A stretch of DNA of 64,000 nt, taken from positions 6,606 through 70,605 of the forward strand of contig JBJTDZ010000120.1 in assembly GCA_046092585.1 (NCBI GenBank), in the 5' to 3' direction. Positions 1-9,400 of this stretch are shown in pieces. Positions within the stretch are counted from its first letter, which is position 1. Each line of letters starts with the position of its first letter. Position numbers and translations under genes: made by a program. Source of the DNA: Pirellulales bacterium. Its GTDB lineage: Bacteria; Planctomycetota; Planctomycetia; Pirellulales; UBA1268. A model generated the notes under the pieces. The model had not been told where the DNA came from. It worked only from the letters and a program-made list of their open reading frames with translations, and searched no databases.

Positions 1-722
1 CGTGCCGTGGCCCGCTGTCGGCCTGCCTCGTGGCCCTGGCCTGCTGCGGCTGCGGCGGCATGGCGAAGACCGACAACGCGGAGGGCGTGAAGCTCTACCA
101 GCAGGGCAACTACCTCGGGGCGGTCAACTCGTTCCAGCAGGCGCTCGCCAAGCAGCCGGGCAATCCCGACTGCTTCTACAACCTCGGTGCCACCTACCAC
201 CAGCAGGCGAAGCTCTTCGCCCGCCCGGCTGACATGCAGACGGCGGAGCAGTATTACCACCTCTGCCTGGCGCGCAACCCCAACCACGAGGCCTGCCAGC
301 GGGCGCTGGCCGTGCTGCTCGTCGAGGAGAATCGTCGCGACGAGGCCGTGGGGGGGCTCCAGGCGTGGGCCCGCAGCCAGCCCACGAACCCCGATCCCCA
401 TGTCGAGCTGGCGCGGCTGGCCCAGGAAAGCGGCGACGTGGGCGAGGCCGAGAAGCAGCTGGTCGACGCGCTGGCAGTCGACCCCGCCAACACGCGGGCG
501 CTCGTCGCCCTCGGCAGCCTTCGCGAGACGTCGGGCGACACGATGCAGGCGCTCGCCACGTACAGCCGTGCGCTGGCGGTCGATCCCCAGCAGCCGGCCG
601 TGGCCGCCAAGGTGGCGAACCTTCAGGCCACGGTCGCACGCACGGCCGCCCTCCCGCCGCCCGCCGTACCGACGACGGTGGTCGCCCCGCCACCGGTGCC
701 GCCGGGGAACGCGGGCCGTTGA
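1..722 (+). CDS. TPR-repeat protein, probable lipoprotein (5' end cut by window edge)
   Basis: The frame of listed ORF 30..722 stays open back to position 3 (..CRGPLSACLVALACCGCGG..), so a hydrophobic lipobox-like N-terminus starts upstream of the window. The body has TPR-style helical repeats (YQQGNYLGAVNSFQQALAKQP, CFYNLGATYHQQ, YHLCLARNPNH, ALAVDPANTRALVALGSL, YSRALAVDPQQP). Confidence 0.7.
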   Translation, partial: CRGPLSACLVALACCGCGGMAKTDNAEGVKLYQQGNYLGAVNSFQQALAKQPGNPDCFYNLGATYHQQAKLFARPADMQTAEQYYHLCLARNPNHEACQRALAVLLVEENRRDEAVGGLQAWARSQPTNPDPHVELARLAQESGDVGEAEKQLVDALAVDPANTRALVALGSLRETSGDTMQALATYSRALAVDPQQPAVAAKVANLQATVARTAALPPPAVPTTVVAPPPVPPGNAGR

Positions 723-778
723 CCCTCGGCGACGCGCTCCCTATTCTGCCCCGGATTCCACGAAATTCGGGTGCCGCC

Positions 779-1876
779 ATGACGGATCGCGTCTTCAACT
801 TCTCGCCGGGTCCGGCAGTGCTCCCCGTGGAGGTGCTGGAGCAGGCCCGCGACGAGCTCGTCTCGCTGCCCGGGGTCGGCATGTCGGTGCTGGAGATCAG
901 CCACCGCAGCCCGACCTTCGACCGGATCCTGGAGGAGACGCTCGAGGGGCTGAAGCGCCTCCTGGGAGTGGGCGACTCGCACGAGATCGTCTTCCTGCAG
1001 GGGGGCGCGAGCCTGCAGTTCTCGATGGTGCCCATGAACCTGCTGCGCGGGCAGCCCGGGGCCGCCGACTACGTGATCACCGGCACCTGGGGAGCCACCG
1101 GTGCCAAGGAGGCCCGCCGCGAGGGCGCCGTGCATGTCGCGTGGGACGGCGCGGCCACTCACCACGACCGGCTGCCGACGGATCGCGAGATCGCGCCGTC
1201 GCCGAAACCGGCCTACGTTCATCTCACGAGCAACGAGACCATCCAGGGCGTGCAGTGGAAGCACGAGCCCGACCTCGGCCCCACGCCGCTGGTGTGCGAC
1301 TGCTCGAGCGACTTCCTCTCGCGGCCGATCGACGTGTCGCGGTACGGGCTGATCTACGCCTGTGCCCAGAAAAATGCCGGCATCGCGGGCGTGACCGCCG
1401 TCATCATCCGCAAGGATCTGCTCGAGCGGTCGCGGGACGACCTGCCCACGATGCTCGACTACCGCACCTACGTGAAAAACGGGTCCCGGCCCAACACGCC
1501 CCCCACGTTCGCGATCTACATCCTCAACCTCGTCATCAAGTGGATCGAGGGCCGCATGGGTGGGCTGGCGGGCATGGCGCGACACAACGCCGCCAAGGCC
1601 AAGCTGCTCTACGACGTGCTCGATCGATCTGGCGGCTTCTACGCCGGCCACGCCCGGCCGGAATGCCGGTCCGACATGAACGTGACGTTCCGCCTGCCCG
1701 ACGAGGCGACGGAGAAGGCCTTCCTGGCGGCTGCCACGAACCGCGGCCTGGTCGATCTCAAGGGACACCGCTCCGTGGGGGGCATCCGGGCCAGCATCTA
1801 CAACGCGATGCCGGTGGCCGGCGTGGAATCGCTCCGCGACTTCATGCTCGATTTCCAGCGCGAACGACAGGACTGA
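779..1876 (+). CDS. serC: phosphoserine aminotransferase
   Basis: ATG at 779 lies inside listed ORF 365..1876 in the same frame. Product is 365 aa, starting MTDRVFNFSPGPAVLPVEVLEQA, with ..SVLEISHRS.., ..FLQGGASLQF.. and C-terminal GGIRASIYNAMP, typical of SerC. It sits directly upstream of serA. Confidence 0.93.
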   Translation: MTDRVFNFSPGPAVLPVEVLEQARDELVSLPGVGMSVLEISHRSPTFDRILEETLEGLKRLLGVGDSHEIVFLQGGASLQFSMVPMNLLRGQPGAADYVITGTWGATGAKEARREGAVHVAWDGAATHHDRLPTDREIAPSPKPAYVHLTSNETIQGVQWKHEPDLGPTPLVCDCSSDFLSRPIDVSRYGLIYACAQKNAGIAGVTAVIIRKDLLERSRDDLPTMLDYRTYVKNGSRPNTPPTFAIYILNLVIKWIEGRMGGLAGMARHNAAKAKLLYDVLDRSGGFYAGHARPECRSDMNVTFRLPDEATEKAFLAAATNRGLVDLKGHRSVGGIRASIYNAMPVAGVESLRDFMLDFQRERQD

Positions 1877-1910
1877 CCCCTCCCGGCCCGCTCCGAGGAT
1901 TTTTCCCGCC

Positions 1911-3572
1911 ATGCCCTCGATCATCGTGCTCGACACGCTCAGCCCCGATGGCCTCTCCCTGCTCGACGCGGCCCGCGAGCAGGGCATCCGTTACGAGGTG
2001 CAGACGGGGCTCTCGGGCGCGGCCCTGCGGGACGCGCTGGCGAATCACGACGGCGCCATCTGCCGCAGCGGCGTGAAGATCACCGCCGACTCCCTCGCGG
2101 GCAACCAGCGGCTCAAGGCGATCGTGCGGGCCGGCGTCGGCACCGACAACATCGACAAGGACGCCGCGACCCGCCAAGGCATCGTGGTGATGAATACGCC
2201 GGCCGGCAACACCGTGAGCACGGCGGAGCACGCCTTCGCGCTGCTGCTGGCCGTGTCGCGGAACATCGCCCCTGCCGACGCGAGCCTCCGCGGCCACAAG
2301 TGGGACCGCGGCAAGTTCATGGGCGTGCAGCTCGCCGGCAAGACGCTGGGGATCGTCGGCATGGGCCGGATCGGCCAGGCGGTGGCGGAGCGGGCCCGCG
2401 CGTTCGAGATGCGTGTGCTCGGCTTCGATCCTTTCCTCTCGCCCGACCGGGCCACCGAACTCGGCGTCGAACTGGTCGACTCCGTCCGGGAGATGCTGCC
2501 CCGCCTCGACTACCTGACCGTGCACACGCCGCTCACCGACGAGACGCGGCACCTGATCGGCATGAAGGAGCTCGATCTGCTCAAGCCGGGCGTGCGGCTC
2601 GTCAACTGCGCCCGGGGCGGCATCTACGACGAGGCCGCGCTGGTGGAGGGGCTGAAGCGGGGCGTGATCGGCGGCGTGGCCCTCGACGTGTTCGAGAAGG
2701 AGCCCTGCACCGACAGCCCGCTGTTCGGCATGCCCGGCGTGGTGGTCACTCCGCACCTCGGGGCCAGCACCGAGGAGGCCCAGTCGCAGGTCGCGGTCGA
2801 GGGCGTCGGCCTGCTCGTCGACTTCCTCACGACGGGCGCGGTGCGGCATGCCGTCAACTCGTCGGCCATCGATCCGGCGGCACTCGAGGGTGTCCGCGGC
2901 TTCCTGGATCTCGCGTGGCGGCTCGGCCTGCTCCTCGCCCAGTTCGACGCCGGCCAGCCGAGGTCGTGCTCGATCGCCTACCGGGGCGAGATCGCCGCCC
3001 GCAACACGCGGCTCGTCACGGCCGCCTTCGCCGCCGGCCTGCTCGAGGGCGCGATCGAGGACGTCAACATCGTCAACGCGGAGATGCTGCTGCGCGAGCG
3101 GGGCATCGACCTCTTGGAGCAGAGCCGCACCGATCCCGGCGCCTTCAGTTCGGTGGTGGCAGTCGATCTCGTCGCTGCCGACCAGGTGCACCGTGCCGCG
3201 GGCACGCTCTTCGGGCACTCGATGCCCCGGATGGTGCAGCTCGAGGGACATCGGCTCGAGGCCTACCTCGACGGCATCCTGCTGGTGTTCACGCATCAGG
3301 ACGTGCCGGGCATCATCGGTCGCGTGGGCAACGCGTTCGGCCAGTCGGGGATCAACATCGCCCAGATGACGGTGGGCCGCTCGACGCCGGGTGGCGATGC
3401 GATCGGCGTGCTGAACCTCGACCAGGAGCCGTCGCCGGAAGCCGTCGCCGCCGTCGCCGCCTGCCCGGGCGTGCGATCGGCCCGTGTGGTCAAGTTGCCG
3501 CCGGCCGGACAACTGCCGTCGTGGCTGGCGGGTGCCTCGGCCTCCACCAGGTCCCCGGCCAAACGGAGCTGA
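1911..3572 (+). CDS. serA: D-3-phosphoglycerate dehydrogenase (long form with C-terminal regulatory region)
   Basis: 553 aa. NAD-binding GKTLGIVGMGRIGQAVA, catalytic-region motifs LVNCARGG and TPHLGASTEEAQ. A long C-terminal extension ends in an ACT-like segment (LLVFTHQDVPGIIGRVGNAFGQSGINIAQM). Confidence 0.93.
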   Translation: MPSIIVLDTLSPDGLSLLDAAREQGIRYEVQTGLSGAALRDALANHDGAICRSGVKITADSLAGNQRLKAIVRAGVGTDNIDKDAATRQGIVVMNTPAGNTVSTAEHAFALLLAVSRNIAPADASLRGHKWDRGKFMGVQLAGKTLGIVGMGRIGQAVAERARAFEMRVLGFDPFLSPDRATELGVELVDSVREMLPRLDYLTVHTPLTDETRHLIGMKELDLLKPGVRLVNCARGGIYDEAALVEGLKRGVIGGVALDVFEKEPCTDSPLFGMPGVVVTPHLGASTEEAQSQVAVEGVGLLVDFLTTGAVRHAVNSSAIDPAALEGVRGFLDLAWRLGLLLAQFDAGQPRSCSIAYRGEIAARNTRLVTAAFAAGLLEGAIEDVNIVNAEMLLRERGIDLLEQSRTDPGAFSSVVAVDLVAADQVHRAAGTLFGHSMPRMVQLEGHRLEAYLDGILLVFTHQDVPGIIGRVGNAFGQSGINIAQMTVGRSTPGGDAIGVLNLDQEPSPEAVAAVAACPGVRSARVVKLPPAGQLPSWLAGASASTRSPAKRS

Positions 3573-3620
3573 GGCCGGGGGCGATCGCCGTGTTTCGCGG
3601 CCCGGGGCCATCCGGGAATA

Positions 3621-4271
3621 ATGGGGGGCGCACCGGGTGAATCCCTGGATGCGGGGCAGGTCGCCCCGCGAGGGCACCTCGTCGGGCTTCCGGATCGGCC
3701 CCCGTTCATGCCCCCTTCCTCGGCGATCGGCGAGCAGTTCAACCGCTGGGCGGCAGAGCATGTCACGGTTCTCTACCGCGTGGCCTATCGGCTGCTCGGC
3801 GATCCGCACCACGCCGAAGACGTCCTCCAGGACACGTTTCGCTCCGCGTGGACCAGCCGGCATCTCTACGACGGCAACCGCAACGAGCGGGCGTGGCTCC
3901 TCGCGATCCTGCGTCGCCGCGTGGCCGACCACTGGCGGCATCGCGGGGGCCGCGAACTGGTCACGGCGTCCGACGCCCTGCCAACGCCCGCGATCGACGG
4001 CCGCGACCCCTTCCGCGACGAGTTCTCCGGCGCGATGCAGCGGGCGCTCGCCACGCTGCCGGAGGAGATCCGGGAGACGCTGCTCCTGGTGGTGGTCGGC
4101 GAACTTACCCACCAGGCGGCGGCCGACCTGCTCGGCATCCCGCTGGGAACCGTCCTCTCGCGGGTCAGCCGCGGCCGCAGCCGGCTGCGCGAGGCGCTGC
4201 TGCACGAGGGATGCCGCCCCGACGGCCATCACCTGAAAAACACCACGACTACGCGCGATGGCCATGCCTGA
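3621..4271 (+). CDS. ECF-type RNA polymerase sigma factor (sigma-70 family)
   Basis: Region 2-like VLYRVAYRLLGDPHHAEDVLQDTFRSAW. Region 4 HTH LPEEIRETLLLVVVGELTHQAAADLLGIPLGTVLSRVSRGRSRLREAL. The true start may be the internal ATG at 3708 (MPPSSAIGEQF..). The 3' end overlaps the next gene by 14 nt. Confidence 0.85.
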   Translation: MGGAPGESLDAGQVAPRGHLVGLPDRPPFMPPSSAIGEQFNRWAAEHVTVLYRVAYRLLGDPHHAEDVLQDTFRSAWTSRHLYDGNRNERAWLLAILRRRVADHWRHRGGRELVTASDALPTPAIDGRDPFRDEFSGAMQRALATLPEEIRETLLLVVVGELTHQAAADLLGIPLGTVLSRVSRGRSRLREALLHEGCRPDGHHLKNTTTTRDGHA

Positions 4272-6372
4272 TCACGATCCACCTCTCGACGCCGCCCTGC
4301 GGAACGTGCCTCCGCCGGCCGATGCCGCGCGGCTGGCGTCCGCCGAGACCGTCTTCTCGGACCATGCCCTCGACGCGATGCTCGCCGACATCGCGGCGCC
4401 GGCCGGACTCGTCGACCGCCTGCTGGCTGCCGTGGCGCGGCCTGACACGTCACACCGCGGCGGCGTGATCGACCTCGACCGGATCTCCAGGCCGCCACGA
4501 TCCACGGAGCGGAGGCGTTCGCGGATCCGCCGTTGGGGCATGGTCCTGACCCGCGACGGCTTCGCGGTGGCCATGGCGCTCTCGGCGGCGTGGGGGCTCT
4601 TCGCCGTCGGACACGCGCTCTCGCGGCGCCTGGCCTCGCCGGCCGACCACGACCGGGCCGTGGTGGCAACGTCGCGGCCCGCGAGGGAGCCGGAGCGATC
4701 CGTCACCGTCACGGCCCCGGAAGGCCCGGCGGCCACCGATGTGGCCAGCGTTCCGGAACCGCTGGATCCTCCCTCCGACCCTCCTCACGTCGCCCCGACG
4801 CGTTCATCGCCGACCTCCGCGTCTCCCGACGTGCACGCCGTTGCCGAGGCTTCTCGCACGGCGGCGCCGAGCGTGCGGGGCGCACCCGTCGGGGCGGCGG
4901 TGACTGCTCCATCCGCCACGGCGGGCATCTCGGCGAGCCGTCTCGGCGAGCCGCCGCGTGAGGCCTGGCGGGCCGTGCCGCGGGTGCGCGGCTTCGATCT
5001 CGCGTTCGAGATGGCGCACGGCGAACCGCCCTTCGCCGATCCGTCGATCGCGGGGCTGTCCTCCGACACTCCGCCCCTTTCGCTGGGCACCACCTCGTTC
5101 GACAGGCTCGCCGCCAGCGTTGCGTCCTGGAAGTCGCCCGTCCGCGGATTCCGCATGGAAGACGTGATCGCGGCCATTCCCCCGCCGGTCGCCCCCACGG
5201 CCATCTCGGCGGGAGACGCGATCGACCTGCGGGTGCTCGGCGTGCGCTCGCTTCGCCGGGTGGCGGGCAGAACGAGCCTGCTCGTCGAGATCGCGGCCAC
5301 CACGGGCGAACTCGCCCTCCGCCGCGGCGAGCGCGAGCCCCTCGACGTCACGCTCGTCATCGACCGGTCGGCCGGCTGCGACCCCACGGTCTGGCCCTGG
5401 CTGTGCTCATCGGTGGTCGCGGTCGCACGCGCCATGAGCCCCGATGACAGGCTTTCCATCGTGGTGGCGGGGCCGGTGCCCCGGCTCGCCATCCGCCGTG
5501 GCGATGCGGCGGCGGTCGCCGGCGCCGCGGCCGACCTCGTCCGCCTGCCGCCGACCGACGTGGCCGATCTGGATGCCGCCGTGCGGCTGGCGCCCCCGAA
5601 CGGGCCGCTCGTCGTGATGGCCCACCGCGACACGGCGGAGCGGGCCCGCGACGAGGCCCGCGCGGCACTCGCCACCTGGCACGAAACGCAGGCCGCCACC
5701 GGCGGCGAATCGCTCGCAGCCGACCGCGATCCGGCCCGGCCGCAGATCGCGTTCGTGCTCGTCGACGCAGCCGCGAACCTCGGGCAGCCGGCCGGTGAGC
5801 CGTGGTTCGGCAGCACCGCCGCCGAGCCCGCCGCGATCCGTCGCGAGGCGCTCCGCCGGGTGTTCGCGGCCGACCGGCTCGTGGCCCGGCAGTGCCGGCT
5901 GACGGTCTCCTTCGACCCGGCGTCGGTGGCCTCGTGGCGGCTCGTCGGCCACCGGCAGTCGGTCGTCGAATCGCTGTCGACCGCGGAAACGTCACCGCTC
6001 GACCTGCATGCCGGAGAGACGATTCGCTCGGTCTACGAGGTGGTGCCCCGCGGGCCGGCGGCTCCGGCGGTGGAGGCGGTGCTCCACTGGCGGGCCGCCG
6101 CCAACGACCGCGCGCGGCGGACGCGGGCGGTGCTCGATGCGGATGCGGGCGACATCACGGCCTCGCTTCCTTCGCCGCACGGCTGCGAACTGGTGCTGGC
6201 GGTGGCCGTGGCCGAGGCGGCCGGCGGTTCGGTTCATGCCGAGCCGGCGGCGACCACGGCGGCGGCCGACCTGGCCCGCCGCTGGCGCGACCGGGGCGAC
6301 GTCAGCGGCTTCGGAGCCGTGCTTGCCACCTGCCTCGAGCGGCACGCGGGGGGCCGGCGTCCACCGCGATAG
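4258..6372 (+). CDS. putative membrane anti-sigma factor with extracytoplasmic vWA-like and YfbK/DUF3520-like C-terminal region
   Basis: It overlaps the sigma gene by 14 nt (4258-4271). It has a short N-terminal cytoplasmic segment and one hydrophobic helix (GFAVAMALSAAWGLFAVGHAL). A vWA-like core follows (LDVTLVIDRSAGCD...DRLSIVVAG...). The C-terminal segment LTVSFDPASVASWRLVGHRQ...DLHAGETIRSVYEVVP resembles vWA/DUF3520 proteins. The anti-sigma role is inferred from position only; there is no zf-HC2 motif. Confidence 0.6.
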   Translation: MAMPDHDPPLDAALRNVPPPADAARLASAETVFSDHALDAMLADIAAPAGLVDRLLAAVARPDTSHRGGVIDLDRISRPPRSTERRRSRIRRWGMVLTRDGFAVAMALSAAWGLFAVGHALSRRLASPADHDRAVVATSRPAREPERSVTVTAPEGPAATDVASVPEPLDPPSDPPHVAPTRSSPTSASPDVHAVAEASRTAAPSVRGAPVGAAVTAPSATAGISASRLGEPPREAWRAVPRVRGFDLAFEMAHGEPPFADPSIAGLSSDTPPLSLGTTSFDRLAASVASWKSPVRGFRMEDVIAAIPPPVAPTAISAGDAIDLRVLGVRSLRRVAGRTSLLVEIAATTGELALRRGEREPLDVTLVIDRSAGCDPTVWPWLCSSVVAVARAMSPDDRLSIVVAGPVPRLAIRRGDAAAVAGAAADLVRLPPTDVADLDAAVRLAPPNGPLVVMAHRDTAERARDEARAALATWHETQAATGGESLAADRDPARPQIAFVLVDAAANLGQPAGEPWFGSTAAEPAAIRREALRRVFAADRLVARQCRLTVSFDPASVASWRLVGHRQSVVESLSTAETSPLDLHAGETIRSVYEVVPRGPAAPAVEAVLHWRAAANDRARRTRAVLDADAGDITASLPSPHGCELVLAVAVAEAAGGSVHAEPAATTAAADLARRWRDRGDVSGFGAVLATCLERHAGGRRPPR

Positions 6373-6405
6373 CGCCGTCGTCCGGGTCGCCCACGGCCGC
6401 CGTGT

Positions 6406-6434
6406 TTGACGGACCGCAGGCCGGCTCCCACAAT
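6406..6434 (+). promoter_or_regulatory. candidate sigma-70-type promoter (TTGACG - 17 nt - CACAAT)
   Basis: TTGACG at 6406-6411 and CACAAT at 6429-6434 with a 17-nt spacer, in the 108-bp gap between the anti-sigma gene and the 1116-aa gene (ATG 6480). AT-containing hexamers with this spacing are uncommon in such GC-rich DNA. Pattern match only. Confidence 0.3.
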
Positions 6435-6479
6435 GCACGTCTGCCCGCATCACGCCCGCACCCCTCCGCCTTCCGCACC

Positions 6480-9400
6480 ATGCGCACCGCCTTTCTCGCG
6501 TCGAGCGCCCTCGTGCTCTCGCTGGCAGCCAGTTTCGCACCTGCCGCCGAGCCCGCGTCCGAGCCCGCGTCCGAGTCCGCGTCCGAGGCGTCGACACGCT
6601 CGTTGATCGAGGGCCTCGAAGAGCGGCAGATGCCCGACGTGATGCTCTGGGTGGTCGAGCGGGCCGAAAAGAACCCGGCCACGTCGCAGACCCTGAAGGC
6701 GGAACTGCCCTTCCTCAAGGCGACGGCCCTCGTGGCGGCGAGCCGCACCGAATCCGACTCCGCGAAACGCGCCGCCATGCTCGACGAGGCGGAAAAGGCG
6801 ATCGATGCCTTCCTGGCGACCAAGCCGGCCGGCAGCCTCGCCATCGCCGCCTATTCGCAGAAGGCCAACCTGCTCGTCGAACGCGGCCGCGGCAAGGTCG
6901 AACTGGCCAAGCGACCCGGCCAGGATCCGGAGAAACTCGGCCCGGAGGCGGTGGCCTTCTTCGACAGCGCCCTCGAGACGCTCAAGAGCACGCTCCCGGC
7001 CGACCACCAGGGTGAGATCACCGACGTCACCAATGCCGAGGATGCCGTCCGCAGGGAACTTCGCCGCGTCGATGCCGAGATCGCGAAGGTGAAGGAGGAA
7101 GCGAAGGCCGCGGCGAAGGACGAGGCTCCGAAGCTCTCCCCGGCGCAGAAGGTCGTCATGGAGAAACTCGAAGCCGAACAGGAGGCGTTGCGGGCCAAAC
7201 TGCTTTCTGCGCGGCTGATGACGGCGGGCGTCTACTTCGAGAAGTCGAGGGCCTACGCGGCCGGCTCGAAGGAGGCGAACGCCGCCCTGGTCGAGTCGAC
7301 GAATCTCTTCGAGGCTCTCGCCGAGAAGTACGCGAGCAAGGGTGCCGGCATGTTCGCCCGCTATTACTGCGGCCGCAACGAGGTGCTGCTCGGCAAGCAC
7401 GAGGCGGCGGTCGAGACCCTCACGCCGGTCGTCCTCATCGACGGCCGCTCGCCGCTCGCCATCGGGCTCAAGGCCAAGGGGGTCAACACCACGCTCGAGG
7501 CGTTGCTCGCCCTCGCCGCCGCCGAGAAAGACGCCGCCAAGCTGAGCGACCTCTATGCGAAACTCGACGACGACATCCGCAAGTTCGCCCTCACGCCGGC
7601 CGAGAAACTGCCCGGCCGCAGGCTCGATGCCGAGTGGCTCGCGCTGAAATACCGTGCGGCCACGTTGCTGGAGCGGAAGGCGGCGTCGCTCGACGCCAAG
7701 GAGAAAACCCTGAGGACGACCCTGCTCCGCGATGCCAAGAAGCTCGCGACGGAGGTGACGGCGGCCAACAAGGACTTCGCCAAGGAGGCCCGCGAGTTGG
7801 CGGCCAAGCTCGGCAAGGACCTGCCGGCAGGATCCGAGGAGAAGGATTTCGCCACGCTCTGCGCCGATGCGAAGCTCGCGTTCACCGCCATGCAGGAGAA
7901 GCAGGCCAGGGCCAAGCAACTGGTGGCCGAAGGCAAGGCGAGCGAGGCGGCGGAGGTGGTCGAGCAGTCGGCGCCCGATCGCGACACCGCGATCAAACTC
8001 TTCCAGGAAGCCCTCGCCCTTCCCACCAACGGGGAGACCGACGAGGCCGCGCTCAACTCGGCCCGTTCCCTGCTCACGTTCCTGTTCTACGACGCGAAGC
8101 GGTTCGCCGAGGCGGGCGACCTTGGCAGGCTCCTCACGGAGAAGTACCCCAACGCCCCCGGCAGCCGGCAGGCGGCCAAGGTGGCCCTGGCGAGCCTGCA
8201 GAGCCTCGCCCAGCAGCGGGATGCGGCCGTTGCCAAGCCCGCGAGGGAAAAGCTGCTCGACTTCGCCGCGCTCATGGCCAAAACATGGCCGGCCGAGGCG
8301 GAGGCGGGCGACGCGCTCACGGTGATGCTCAACGCGGGCATCGAGGCCCGCAGCGGCGAGCAGATCGTCGCCCTGATCGAGAAGGTGCCGGCTGAATCGC
8401 CGCGGCGGGCGGATCTGCTGATGCGGGCAGGCACGGCCCTCCGCCGCGAGGTCCAGGACGCTCGGAAGCCGGACGCAACCACGAAGACCCCGGCGGAGAC
8501 CATCGCCCGCTGGGATGCCCTGGCGAAATCGTCGCTCGACGAGGGCCTGAACGCCATGGATGCGGCCGCCGCATTGCCGCCGGGTTCCGCGGCGAAGGTC
8601 GCGGTGTCGGCTGCCCTGACCCGCGCCCAGATGGCCCTCGCCGACGACGAGCTCGACACGGCCGACAAGCTGCTCACGAACAAGGTCTACGGCCCGTGGA
8701 TCGTCGCGACCACGAGCGAGGATCCGGCGCTCGCGCAAGGCTCGCTGGCGGAGAGCTCGCTCACCGTCGCCCTGCAGTACTTCATCGAGGCCCAGAAGTT
8801 CGACGACGCCCAGGAGGCGATGGCCGCCCTCGAGAAGGCCGCCGGCCAGGGCGAGGCGGCGTCGGCCAAACTGACCGCGATGTACCTCTCGATGGGCCGC
8901 AACCTCCAGGAGCGTCTCGAGCAGCTCGGCTCCGGCGACAAGGCCGGCTCCCCCGAGATCCGCGAGCAGGCGAGCCGGATTCTCGGTGGTTTCGAGAAGT
9001 TTCTCGAGAGCATCGCCAATCGCGACAAGAAGACCTCCTCGCAGATCTGGGTCGCCACCACGTATCTCATGCTCGGCTCCGGCAAGGGCACGGGGGCCAT
9101 CGTGGCCAAGTCGAAGGCGGAGCAGTACCTCGATCGCGCGGCCGACACCTACGCGGGGCTTCTCGAGCGGAAGGACGAGGCGGGCGTTCCCGATGCCGAG
9201 CGGCAGGATCTGGAGCGATTCGAGCCCTCGATTCGCCGCAAGTTGGTGAGCCTGTTCAAGGAACGCGGCAAGTGGGACGAGGCGCAGGAGCAGATGAACT
9301 GGCTCCTGGCCGATGCCAAGCGGCAAAACTCGCTCGACATCCAGATCGAGGCGGCCGAGCTCCTGCAGGCGGCGGGCATCGCCGCGAAGGACGCCAAGGA

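Noticed and set aside
5802-6479. N-terminal 226 codons of listed ORF 5802..9830, which would make a 1342-aa protein
   Set aside because: This part overlaps the 3' third of the anti-sigma/vWA gene in another frame and is Arg/Gly-rich. A textbook signal peptide begins at the in-frame ATG 6480, after a 108-bp gap with a promoter-like motif.
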